A DNA stretch of 64,000 nucleotides from assembly GCF_032062105.1 (NCBI RefSeq), contig NW_026928947.1, positions 1 through 64,000 of the forward strand, written 5' to 3'. The notes under the pieces were generated by a model. That model made no database searches and had not been told where the DNA came from. It saw only the letters and a list, made by a program, of their open reading frames with translations. The position numbers and the translations under genes were made by a program. Below, piece by piece: positions 1-12,482 of the stretch (within the stretch, counting starts at the first letter, position 1; each line of letters starts with the position of its first letter). This DNA comes from Saccostrea cucullata (taxonomy: Eukaryota).

Positions 1-3000
1 GGGTTTGTCTATAGCATAGACAAAACCAGGGACATTGGCAACTGGTACCACTTACACTACTCATTCAGAATGTGACTTGAGTACAACTGGATGCACACAT
101 GACTCCATGCCAATGCTCCTTATATTCTTCTGGGAAAAAAATAATACATAGACTTGTAGCTGAGATAAAAAGGGATGGTAAGAATGTCAAAACATGAAAA
201 TTGAAAAAAGAAAATGAACTTACCTTCTTCAATGTGTTTTTGCTGCAAGCAAGTGCACACGAAGCACTGTTGTTTCTTGGATTCTATCACAACCAAGGCT
301 ATGTACAAGTCACATTCTGAAGTTTTATGAGTGAGTGGCTCAAACAGCTTTTTAATCATCAATCGGGTTTGTCCATAGCGTAGACAAAGCCAGGGACATT
401 GGCAACTGGTACCACTCACATTTTTCATTCAGAATTTGACTAGAGTACAATTGAATGCACACTTGACTCCATGCCAACGCTCCTCATATTCTTCTGGAAA
501 AAGAATAATACATAGACTTGTAGCTGAGATAAAAAGAGATGGTAAGAATGTCAAAACACGAAATTGAAAATAAAAAATGAACTGACCTTCTCAATGCGTT
601 TGTGCCGCAAGCAAGTGCACACCAAGAACTGTTGTTTTTTGAATTCTATCACAACCAGGGCTATGTATAAGTCACATTCTGAAGTTTTATGAGTGAGTGG
701 CTCAAAACAGTTTTTCTTATCCACTGGGTTTGTCTGTAGCATACACAAAACCACAGACATTGCCAACTGGGACCACTTACACTACTCATTCAGAGTATGT
801 CTTGAGTGCAGCTGAATGCACACCTGATTCTATGCCAATGCTCCTTATATTCGTCTGGGAAAAATAATACATAGACTTGTAGCTGAAATAAAAAGATATG
901 GTCAGAATGTCAAAACATGAAAGTGAAAAAATAAAATGAACTAACCTTCTTCAATGTGTTTGTGCAGCAAGCAAGTGCACACCAAGCACTGTTATTTCTT
1001 GGATTCTATCACAACCAAGGCTATGTGCAAGTCACATTCTGAAGTTTTAGGAGTGAGTGGTTCAAAACAGTTTTTTAATCCACTGGGTTTGTCTATAGCA
1101 TAGACAAAACCAGGGACATTGGCAACTGGTACCACTTACACTACTCATTCAGAATGTGACTTGTATAAAGCTGAATTCACACTTGACTCCATGCTAATGC
1201 TCCTTATATTCTTCTGGGAAAAATAATACATAGACTTGTAGCTGAGATAAAAAGAGATGGAAAGAATGTCAAAACATGAAAATTGAAAAAAAATAAAATG
1301 AACTTACCTTCTTCAATGTGTTTGTGCTGCAAGCAAGTGCAAACCAAGAACTGTTGTTTCTTGGATTCTATCACAACCAAGGCTATGTACAAGTCACATT
1401 CTGAAGTTTTATGAGTGAGTGGCTCAAAACAGTTTTTTAATCCACTGGGTTTGTCTATAGCATAGACAAAACCAGGGACATTGGCAACTGGTACCACTTA
1501 CACTACTCATTCAGAATGTGACTTGAGTACAAATGGATACACATGACTCCATGCCAATGCTCCTTATATTCTTCTGGGAAAAAAATAATACATAGACTTG
1601 TAGCTGAGATAAAAAGGCATGGTAAGAATGTCAAAACATGAAATTGAAAAAATAAAATGAACTTACCCTCTTCAATGTGTTTGTGCGGCAAGCAAGTGCA
1701 CACCAAGAACTGTTGTTTCTTGGATTCTATCACAACCAAGGCTATGTACAAGTCACATTCTGAAGTTTTATGAGTGAGTGGCTCAAAACAGTTTTTTAAT
1801 CCACTGGGTTTGTCTATAGCATAGACAAAACCAGGGACATTGACAACTGGTACCACTTACACTATTCATTCAGAATGTGACTTGAGTACAACTGGATGCA
1901 CATATGACTCCATGCCAATGCTCCTCATATTCTTTTGGGAAAAAAATAATACATAGACTTGTAGCTGAGATAAAAAGAGATGATAAGAATGTCAAAACAT
2001 GAAAATTAAAAGAATAAAATGAACTTACCTTCTTCAATGTGTTTTTGCTGCAAGGAAGTGCACACGAAGCACTGTTGTTTCTTGGATTCTATCACAACCA
2101 AGGCTATGTACAAATCACATTCTGAAGTTTTATGAGTGAGTGGCTCAAAACAGTTTTTTAATCCACTGGGTTTGTCTATAGTATAGACAAAACCAGGGAC
2201 ATTGGCAACTGGTACCACTTACACTAATCATTCAGAATGTGACTTGAACGAAGCTGAATTCACACTTGACTCCATGCCAATGCTCCTTATATTCTTCTGG
2301 AAAAAAAATAATAATAGACTTGTAGCTGAGATAAAAAAGCATCGTAAGAATGTCAAAACATGAAAATTGAAAAAATAAAATGAACTTACCTTCTTCAATG
2401 TGTTTATGCGGCAAGCAAGTGCACACGAAGCATTGTTGTTTCTTGGATTCTATCACAACCAAGGCTATGTACAAGTCACATTCTGAAGTTTTAGGAGTGA
2501 GTGGCTCAAAACAGTTTTTAATCCACTGGGTTTGTCTATAGCATAGACAAAACCAGGGACATTGGCAATTGGTACCACTTACATTATTCATTCAGAATGT
2601 GACTTGCATGTATCAGCAATGTCACTTCAGTTCTTATCTGCATTGTGCATGCTCCATAGATTCTAATGTAAATAGAAATTAACTGAGACTTGCAGATACA
2701 GCATACTGTATAGGGGGAAAATAACTCGCGGTGTTAATATTCGCTATATTCACGGTGATAATAAATCCGCGAATTCAAGAAACAGTGAATAATTTTTCAA
2801 TAATCTCCACGTTTTATTTGGAAATTTGAGAATAAACTACGACAGGTTTAAAAACATGTACCACAGTACATGGTCATTTCAGTAATTACGAGTAGTGCTT
2901 CACATTCAATTAGTTTAATTAGCAGGCTTACATCAACAGTTAATTATCTGTATTTGATAAAATGCTTTTTAATAGCCAACGCTACATGTTTCATCAATCA

Positions 3001-6000
3001 AAACACGTGGGCCATGAGTTTTGATTACCAGTGCGTAACAAATGTTACCACGCACGATTATCATGCATATCATAGTTTTTATCGACATTTTGATTTTTAA
3101 AAAAAAATCATTCAAATAAGTATCGAACTAACTGAAGATTTGGGAGGATATTATTTCCATAATTACCTTCATTAACACAGTTATTACCGTCCAGTGGTTT
3201 TTTTCGCCGCGTTGTTTTGAAAATCTTAGGATGTACAAGCACTCATTGTAACAGCATACAGAAAAGTCATTTGACGTTTATAGTCAAGGATATTTTGTAA
3301 CTGTACCTGATTTAATTAATCGTCATTATTTATGAAGTCTATTTTGTATTAAACTACCTTGCTGTTCCTGAAATTAAGACATAACGCTGATTAATGTCGT
3401 TAACATGTAGCTATGGTATGGATTAAACGGATAAAGACAAGGGAGGTGACTTCTATAAAATAAGAATTCCGCGAATTAAAGAAACAGCGATCCTGTACGA
3501 TGAGAGAAAACCGTGAAAATTACAACCCGTGAAATTAATCCCCTATACAGTATATAAAAACATATGAAGGGGAGAATGAAAATTTTCCCTTTTTTCAGTG
3601 TATTGTGTCTGTCCTGCAACATGTGAACATCAAGCACTGCTGTACCCTTGGCTTTTATTACTACCACGACTATATACAAGTCACATTCTGAAGTTTCATG
3701 AGTGAGTGGCTCAAAACAGTTTTTTAATCCACTGGGTTTGTCTATAGCATAGACAAAACCAGGGACATTGGCAACTGGTACCACTTGCACTACTCATTCA
3801 GAATGTGACTTGAGTACAACTGGATGCACACATGACTCCATGCCAATGCTCCTTATATTCTTCTGGGATAAAAAATAATACATAGACTTGTAGCTGAAAT
3901 AAAAAGGGATGGAAAGAATGTCAAAACATGAAAATTGAGAAAAGAAAATGAACTTACCTTCTTCAATGTGTTTTTGCTGCAAGCAAGAGCACACGAAGCA
4001 CTGTTGTTTCTTGGATACTAAGTCACATTCTGAAGTTTTATGAGTGAGTGGCTCAAACAGCTTTTTAATCATCAATCGGGTTTTTCCGTAGCATAGACAA
4101 AACCAGGGACATTGGCAACTGGTACCATCCATATTTTTCATTCAGAATTTGACTAGAGTACAATTGAATGCACACATGACTCAATGCCAGTGCTCCTTAT
4201 GTGCTTCTGGAAAAAGAATAATACATAGACTTGTAGCTGAAATAGAAAGAGATGGTAAGAATGTCAAAACATGAAATTGAAAATATAAAATGAGCTGACC
4301 TTCTGAATGCTTTTCTGCTGCAAGCAAGTGCTCACCAAGAACTGTTGTTTCTTGAATTCTATCACAACCAGGGCTATGTATAAGTCACATTCTGAAGTTT
4401 TATGAGTGAGTGGCTCAAAACAGTTTTTCTTATCCACTGGGTTTGTCTGTAGCATACACAAAACCACAGACATTGGCAACTGGGACCACATACACTACTC
4501 ATTCAGAGTATGTCTTGAGTGCAGCTGAATGCACACCTGATTCCATGCCAATGCTCCTTATATTCTTCTGGGGAAAATAATACATAGACTTGTAGCTGAA
4601 ATAAAAAGATATGGTCAGAATGTCAAAACATGAAAGTGAAAAAATAAAATGAACTAACCTTCTTCAATGTGTTTGTGCAGCAAGCAAGTGCACACCAAGC
4701 ACTGTTATTTCTTGGATTCTATCACAACCAAGGCTATGTGCAAGTCACATTCTGAAGTTTTAGGAGTGAGTGGTTCAAAACAGTTTTTTAATCCACTGGG
4801 TTTGTCTATAGCATAGACAAAACCAGGGACATTGGCAACTGGTACCACTTACACTACTCATTCAGAATGTGACTTGTATAAAGCTGAATTCACACTTGAC
4901 TCCATGCTAATGCTCCTTATATTCTTCTGGGAAAAATAATACATAAACTTGTAGCTGAAATAAAAAGAGATGGAAAGAATGTCAAAACATGAAAATTGAA
5001 AAAATAAAATGAACTTACCTTCTTCAATGTGTTTGTGCAGCAAGCAAGTGCGCACCAAGGAATGTTGTTTCTTGGATTCTATCACAACCAAGGCTATGTA
5101 CAAGTCACATTCTGAAGTTTTAGGAGTGAGTAGCTCAAAACAGTTTTTTATTCCACTGGGTTTGTCTATAGCATGGACAAAACCAGGGACATTGGCAACT
5201 GGTACCACTTACACTACTCATTCAGAATGTGACTTGAGTATAAATGGATACACATGACTCCATGCCAATGCTCCTTATATTCTTCTGGAAAAAAATAATA
5301 CATAGACTTGTACCTCAGATAAAATGGCATTGTAAGAATGTCAAAACATGAAATTGAAAAAATAAAATGAACTAACCTTCTTCAATGTGTTTGTACGGGA
5401 AGCAAAGTGCACATCAAGCACTGTTGTTTCTTGAATTCTATCACAACTAAGGCTATGTACAAGTCACATTATGAAGTTTTATGAGTGAGTGGCTCAAAAC
5501 AGTTTTTAATCCACTGGGTTTGTCTATAGCATAAACAAAACCAGGGACATTGGCAACTGGTACCACTTACACTACTCATTCAGAATGTTACTTGAGTACA
5601 ACTGGATGCACACTTGACTCCATGCCAATGCTCCTTATATTCTTCTGGGAAAAAAATAATACTTAGACTTGTGGCTGAGATAAAAAGGGATGGTAAGAAT
5701 GTCAAAACATGAAAGTTGAAAAAAGAAAATGAACTAACCTTCTTCAATGTGTTTTTGCTGCAAGGAAGTGCACACGAAGCACTGTTGTTTCTTGGATTCT
5801 ATCACAACCAAGGCTATGTACAAGTCACATTCTGAAGTTTTATGAGTGAGTGGCTCAAAACAGTTTTTTAATCCACTGGGTTTGTCTATAGTAGAGACAA
5901 AACCAGGGACATTGGCAACTGGTAACACTTACACTAATCATTCAGAATGTGACTTGAACGAAGCTGAATTCACACTTGACTCCATGCCAGTTCTCCTTAT

Positions 6001-6608
6001 ATTCTTCTGGAAAAAATAATAATAGACTTGTAGCTGAGATAAAAAAGCATCGTAAGAATGTCAAAACATGAAAATTGAAAAAATAAAATGAACTTACCTT
6101 CTTCAATGTGTTTATGCGGCAAGCAAGTGCACACGAAGCATTGTTGTTTCTTGGATTCTATCACAACCAAGGCTATGTACAAGTCACATTCTGAAGTTTT
6201 AGGAGTGAGTGGCTCAAAACAGTTTTTAATCCACTGGGTTTGTCTATAGCATAGACAAAACCAGGGACATTGGCAATTGGTACCACTTACATTATTCATT
6301 CAGAATGTGACTTGCATGTATCAGCAATGTCACTTCAGTTCTTATCTGCATTGTGCATGCTCCATAGATTCTAATGTAAATAGAAATTAACTGAGACTTG
6401 CAGATACAGCATATATAAAAACATATGAAGGGGAAAGAAAATTTTCCCTTTTTTCAGTGTATTGTGTCTGTCCTGCAACATGTGGATATCAAGCACTGCT
6501 GTATCCTTGGCTTTTATTACAACCAAGACTATATACAAGTCACATTCTGAAGTTTTATGAGTGAGTGGCTCAAAACAGTATTTTTTAATCCACTGGGTTT
6601 GTCTATAG
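1..6608. repeat. ~360-bp tandem repeat array (17 hairpin centres visible, continues off the left edge), organised as an ~8-monomer higher-order repeat
   Basis: The GTCTATAGCATAGAC-type core recurs near 7, 371, 732, 1091, 1453, 1812, 2175, 2535, 3740, 4085, 4445, 4804, 5164, 5522, 5884, 6242 and 6601 (truncated). Diagnostic variants recur with ~3.71 kb period (ATCATCAATCGGG at ~355 and ~4068; GCATGTATCAGCAATG at ~2606 and ~6314). Confidence 0.97.
2706..3550. mobile_element. Non-autonomous DNA transposon (MITE, TA target duplication) inserted in the tandem array
   Basis: TIRs CTGTATAGGGG...CCCCTATACAG, flanked by TA at 2704-2705 and 3551-3552. The paralogous empty site CAGCA-TA-TATAAAAAC is present at ~6407-6422. 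Confidence 0.93.
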
Positions 6609-6681
6609 AGTTTGAAAATTTTGGAACTTAATAACAATACAGTTTTAAAACTAAAACACAGTTTTCTGCTTGTAAAGAAAA

Positions 6682-6770
6682 TGCTTGCAATACCAGGGGT
6701 CCTGAGTCAACACGCCGAAGTTGGTTCAACGGCATCGTATTGACTCTTAACCCCTGTCATTGCGAAGATG
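6682..6770. mobile_element. Short fold-back relic related to the MITE at 34169-34494
   Basis: Shares CCAGGGGTCCTGAGTCAAC with 34181-34199 and has an imperfect inverted partner TTGACTCTTAACCCCTG. Confidence 0.5.
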
Positions 6771-8345
6771 GTAAACAAAATTCAATACGATACATTTTCA
6801 CGTGTTACTTAGCTCTAAAATCGTAAATTTAAACTCTGGACATTGCCATTAAACGCAAGAAAATCTCTATACCTGATTTTTGTTTCTTTTTTCCCAATAC
6901 ACGTCTTTTTTTAATCTCTCCTATTTTCGTGCATCCAAATCATCCGCGGCCTACAACTCGTGTGAAGTCATGGTAACCATATCCGGGTTCCTTGTAATTG
7001 TAAGGCTCAAAGCAGATACGGTGTAAAATCCGGGAATTAAAAATATATTAGAGGTAGGGAGGGGTGTTTAACATCTTCAAATTAAAAAAGAATGAAAACT
7101 TAGACTAAATTGCTCTGAACAATTTACGGTATAACTTTCGAAATGCTGTTTTGCTTTGAAAATTACAAGTAATGTCTGTATTTATACTGTATTAGGCCTA
7201 TACTTGAACAGAACATTTTGTCCTACACCTGTTAAATCTAATACATAGTTAGACAATAATTATATAGGCCTAGTTAGCGATCTGCATTTTGACTAAGATA
7301 ATTTCCTTGTTGGTACCTTTTCTGTCCAAGTCAACCACCTAACGACTATGATGTTAGCCTTTGAACCTTATAAGATCTACAGTACTATAAAAAGATATCT
7401 CTCTTGTTTCATGTCTATTTTTTCAAAATAAATATTTTAATGAAGTTGAAGCCAACATCAAACATATTTATATGGAACAAACCTCTATGGATGTTTTCTT
7501 CTTTGTGTATTTTGCAAGTTCTTACTCTGCTCTTTTTCACAATCCACAAACTTTCGCGCTGTGTAACTCTTTGGTTACCACGTTGAATGCTTCCTTGGTA
7601 ACCCATTTTCATTCGGAAGTTTTAATTGGCGGATCTAACTTTTTACCTAAACGGTAAATATTTTTTGTCTGTTGAGTTAACTACAAAGTGGAAACTAAAA
7701 GGTATGTAATTCTATAGATGTATTTAAATTTGATCGTTCCAATTTTAAACCATTTTAGTTGGTGAGAGGGATGAGGCACAGTCAAGGTTAGTAAAATTTC
7801 TTGAAACTAATAAAATGATCAGTCGACAATCAAGAACGTTGTTTAAAAGAAAATTCCCTTTAATAAGCTTTGATTTCTAGTGTGTATTATATCAGAGATA
7901 TTAAAGGAAAACACTTATTCATGTCTCTGGTATAATACTTGAACCGTAATCAATGACGAAGTGTTGAAATATTTGTAACATTTTTTTCTACGATAAGTGC
8001 CTCCTGCAACATCATTCATGGGGGACATGGAATGTGATATGGGATGTATCACAACAGAAAGATCAAAGAAAAAGGCCACAAATCTGCAGTGTCAAGCAGC
8101 CCTATAGCTGAAACTGAGAGACCCTTAGCTTTAGTTAGTTTATCTTCTTAAACAGACAACATACATACATGTATACTGTATACAATACAATATAAAAGAC
8201 ACTTATTCAGTACAATACAGTACAATATATCTTTATTTTATCAATTAATCAAGTAATCATCATTGCCATTTTCTTTATTCAGCTACAGTCCTGTTTCACA
8301 CTGCATGGATTACAGATCTGTGACAGTTTGATATAACGTTGCATA

Positions 8346-9909
8346 TCAACGCCTGGCTACCAGCCATACTTCGTTGTGCCTCATGTTGTAGGGTTCTGAA
8401 GGACCATTGTACCCAGCAGAGAGGAAGGCATTGTTATCATATAAATATCTGTTATTAATGTCACTCTTCAGTTCTCTGACTTTAGCAAGCTTTGTTCTGT
8501 AATTCGAGTATCCACCATAAGATCTTGAACAAAAAAATATTAAAAATTTATTAAATTAGTTTGAATGGAATTTCCCCCCACAAATACATATCATGGTAAT
8601 ATAGATTTGTATTCTTGGTGTATTACGGAAAATTGGAGGAAACTCATCAACTATTTCTCTTCCTGAAACAATCATACAGAAGTAATAAATGAACAGGATA
8701 CATTTAAAGACCTTTGACACCGACTCTCCAATTTGAGGAGATAATCCATCAGCTGCTACAGAGACTGGGTATGTCTTTATCATTTATTTTAAAGTAGTGC
8801 TGATTTAATTATTACATTTTCAATTAAAAATAAAATTTGTGTGTCATATTTCATAAAAACATAGGTCCACTTCATTTTTGATGTTGCCCTTTTCACTTCC
8901 CATTTTCCTTTGTTCAATTTAAAAGCAATTCAATCTCACGATTTAGGCTTGTAAGTTTTATCGTACTTACTTAACGTAGACGTCCATTTGAGGAAGCATC
9001 TTGAGGTAAACTGTGGGGTCGTTTGGTTGAGGGGCGTATCGCTTCATGTTATGGGGGACCATAAACAACATTTCCTTCATGGTCCATTGGTTATTATACA
9101 TCCCTCTCTCAGGGGTATATGTACTGAGCACGGGAGCAGTCATTGGAATCTTCAACCCTGCAGAAAATTGTTCATGTTACGAATTTAAACAAATGAAATG
9201 TTTCGGCTGTTTTGTGACTTGCTGATTTTTTTTTCTCGTATTTTATAATTATGTACCTCTTTCATTGTTCCCGGAAATATAGGAGAACAACTTAGAGAAA
9301 GCCGAGTCTCTCCGGGAAGAGGACATCACATTCCGTGTCCCGACCCACAGCGACGGCTCGTACCTCCTCAGCTCATATCCCTAATTAAACAAAAGAAAAT
9401 ATTTCTAGTTATTTATTCGGGTATTCATAAATTATTTGATATTGATACTTAACTTGCGCCAACTTTTCATAATGTGCACAGTTTGAATAAATTGTGAACG
9501 TAAAATTACAATTATGAAATATACATGTAATACAAGTAGTATGCTAAAATAATGGTTGAAGCATAAAACACTTTAGATCACTTCCACAAATATATTTCTA
9601 TGTAATTTTCGATAAAATTGAAAGCACAAATAATGTGTAAATGCTTAACAGAAGTAAAAAAAATATATAGAATCGAGGAAAAAAGTAACACGCCAAAAAA
9701 AAAAGAATAAAATAAAATGAATAAATATACACGTGTAAATAAAATGCTTGCTCTCACGGATGTGTTACAAAATTAGGGCCATGCAGGGAACTTACATTAT
9801 ATCTTTCTATGACTCTATACTTTGGACAGTCGAGCTCTCTCTCACAAGGCTGAGGGTATCTGGGTGTGACCAGGACAAGAAGAGATGCCAGTACAGTCAG
9901 TCGAAACAT
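8346..9909 (-). CDS. SOUL-family heme-binding protein (HEBP2-like), probably secreted, ~200 aa; coding exons 9909-9796, 9380-9257, 9157-8971, 8523-8346
   Basis: Spliced translation MFRLTVLASLLVLV...LDCPKY...GYELRRYEP.LWV...FSKLFSYISGNNE..KIPMTAPV...PQPNDPTV...VYVKSYGG...AGYNGP...RHNEVWL carries the SOUL motifs. All introns are GT-AG and phase-compatible, and the N-terminus is hydrophobic. Confidence 0.92.
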
Positions 9910-10052
9910 TGTGTTAGCTGATTATAAATTTATGGAAACAGAATTCAATGAATGAAAAATTTAAAAGAGATGTATCGAAAATGAATTAAAATAAATTGTA
10001 TTTGATGATATTCTTTCAGAAATTGTGGAGATAATTTATATGATTTAAGAGT

Positions 10053-10154
10053 TTATGAGGCGCCGTTTTGGTATTTACTGCCAAAAGGCGATGTCACCTA
10101 TTTGATTTGGTGATATCGCTTTTTGGCAGTAAATACCTAAATAGCGCCTCATAA
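10053..10154. repeat. ~100-bp imperfect palindrome (MITE-like hairpin)
   Basis: TTATGAGGCGC...GGTATTTACTGCCAAAAGGCGATGTCACC pairs with GGTGATATCGCTTTTTGGCAGTAAATACC...GCGCCTCATAA. Confidence 0.8.
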
Positions 10155-11970
10155 GACTTCCAGTGTTAGAAGGGCCTCTATGTAGCTTGTATTATCATGA
10201 TTATGGTTATAAATTGTGTTTTTCATAAATTTTGCACTATATTTGGTACTATCATTGTCAGTCAAGAGAATTAAAAAAAAAATACCAATGGGAAAAATGC
10301 ATTGTAAGATACATGTATACATTATGTATTACATTAACTGTAAACAAAACAATACATTTGAATGTCCATAGGTTCTTATGAGGTTTTTTATGTACATAAT
10401 TTTATGATATGAAATTAAGGTGAATCAGAGAAAGTGAGTCTATCAAACATGAAAGCTCCATTTCTTTATTATTCTGGATCAACTTTCTATCATTATAAGA
10501 ATACGCTTTGTTTACTGTTTACTCAACAAAAAAAATAATACACATCTGATTGATATAAGAATTCTATTTTATTCTAACATTTCTTTGGAAATAACATTAT
10601 TTTTATTTTGGTACATGCGGATAGTTTGGAGCATCATTATACAAAATGAAAACAAACATCCTTACCTTTTACGTTTAGAAAGACCTCGGTGCTTATAAAC
10701 TTCGTTTTCAATTTTCTTTTTATATAGACAACGTTTGATATTTTGTTTTATAACAGCAAACGTGCAAGACACGTGCAAGATCATTTTCAGTACAAACTTT
10801 TAAGTTATTAATCATTCAAGATTAATGATGGTCTTTTATTGCATTCATTACCCTTATTAATTAAATGTTCAATTGGAGATTTTTTTAATGAGTTTACTCT
10901 ACATGGATATATGTAGAATTTATTTAATTCTGAGCCCATCCTTGCAAATAAAATGGATCAGTTTTTTTTTAATTGTGTTCCTTAAGACCACTGATAAACT
11001 CTCTGTCTCTCTCTTAAAAATATTACAGCAATGCAGCTATGATTTATTTGGATGTTAAGATCAAGATGTGGACCACTTTTATTTAATAAAAGTAATTTGA
11101 ATACATGTACATATATAACATTTCAGGTAAAAAACTATTTCCATTTCTAATTGGCCGATATCCATGTAGTTCTAAGTGTGATACACATGTATATTTGTAA
11201 CAAAACTGAAAGTCTTGCGAATATTTTTTAAAGAAAAAAAACAGATAAATTGTCTGAAGAAAATAGTGGAATTATTCTCGGTGACTGTTAGGACCCATGT
11301 GTCTCATGAATTTCACGATTACGCAAAACATCAATAAAATTAACATTCTGACATTTTTCCCCAATTGCAGTAAAACAGATGGTTGACATGGACTATGATT
11401 ACATGAGGAATGGGCAACAATTTACATTTACGGCAAATTCGCTGTTCGTACATAAATGAAAGTGAATGTACATTTTTATGGACTTTACGGGAATTGAGGT
11501 GGTGGAGCACTTAAACAAGGGCGGGCGGGGCCAAAGGGAGTTATGGTATAACATTTTATTGCAAAAACTCAAAAGCTTCTCGGGACATTGTCTGGAAACG
11601 AGTGTGTTGCACAAACATAATTTATGAATTTACGACCGTGACCTTTTAACATCAAAGGTAGCAAGGCCAGTCTAGATCAAGTATGAGGTATTAATCATTT
11701 TTGCCTGTTTTAGTATGTACATGTATATTCTTTTTAATAGCCCAAAACATATTCTGTGAGATTCTTGTAAATTGCAGATTTTACAAACATGTTATAAGAA
11801 ATTGCTATAATTTGAAATATATTTTCTTGCTTTCTTATTCGTCCCATATTGGACATCATACTTGCCATTTTCGCCCATCTTCTAGAGATCTCAAGTCATT
11901 CGCAACTACATATTTACTGTAATGTAGGCATCCAAATTCTTGAAGATAAACCAAAAATTCCAGGTATAGG

Positions 11971-12078
11971 TGTCATGTTGTAAATTTTGAATTTACCGGG
12001 TGGCAGTAAATACATAATTTACTCATGTTGTAAATTTTGTATTTACTGCCACCCGGTAAATTCAAAATTTACATGACA
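11971..12078. repeat. ~108-bp palindrome with a perfect 34-bp stem
   Basis: GTAAATTTTGAATTTACCGGGTGGCAGTAAATAC is the exact reverse complement of GTATTTACTGCCACCCGGTAAATTCAAAATTTAC. Confidence 0.88.
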
Positions 12079-12482
12079 TAGGACAATTTACCCCCCCCCC
12101 CCTTTTTTTTTTAAATAAATCTTAAATAAAAAATTTTAAAAACTGTTCGTGTCCAAAATTAAGCTCCTTGTGTCTTTCCAAATCCCATTAAAATGTGTAT
12201 CAAAAGTCATCGTCAGTTAATATTTATCACTTTACATGCTATGTATATATTTTTTTTTTATTTTGTCAATTGAAATTTTCTTGAGTAGTGTCTGAGAAAA
12301 CGCAATCTAATTGGAGAAAACGTTACTCGTGACAAAGATGCATAAATAAACTTTGCATTTAAAATATATATAAACTCAAGTTCTACTTGTGTATTTTATT
12401 TTTGAAACTTTTTATTGCACACATGTGAACAGAATGTAAAGAGAACGCATCTCTGATAAAAAAAAAAAAAGTCAACATTCTT

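Noticed and set aside
1-6608. CRISPR-like array
   Set aside because: The sequence between palindromes is itself repeated, so there are no unique spacers. The context is eukaryotic and there are no cas genes.
120-6637. Repeated Cys-rich minus-strand ORFs (CFEPLTHKTSECDL...) as a tandem gene family
   Set aside because: Frames and lengths shift between units through homopolymer indels, most starts are non-ATG, and the spliced unit has stops in all frames. They are by-products of the repeat.
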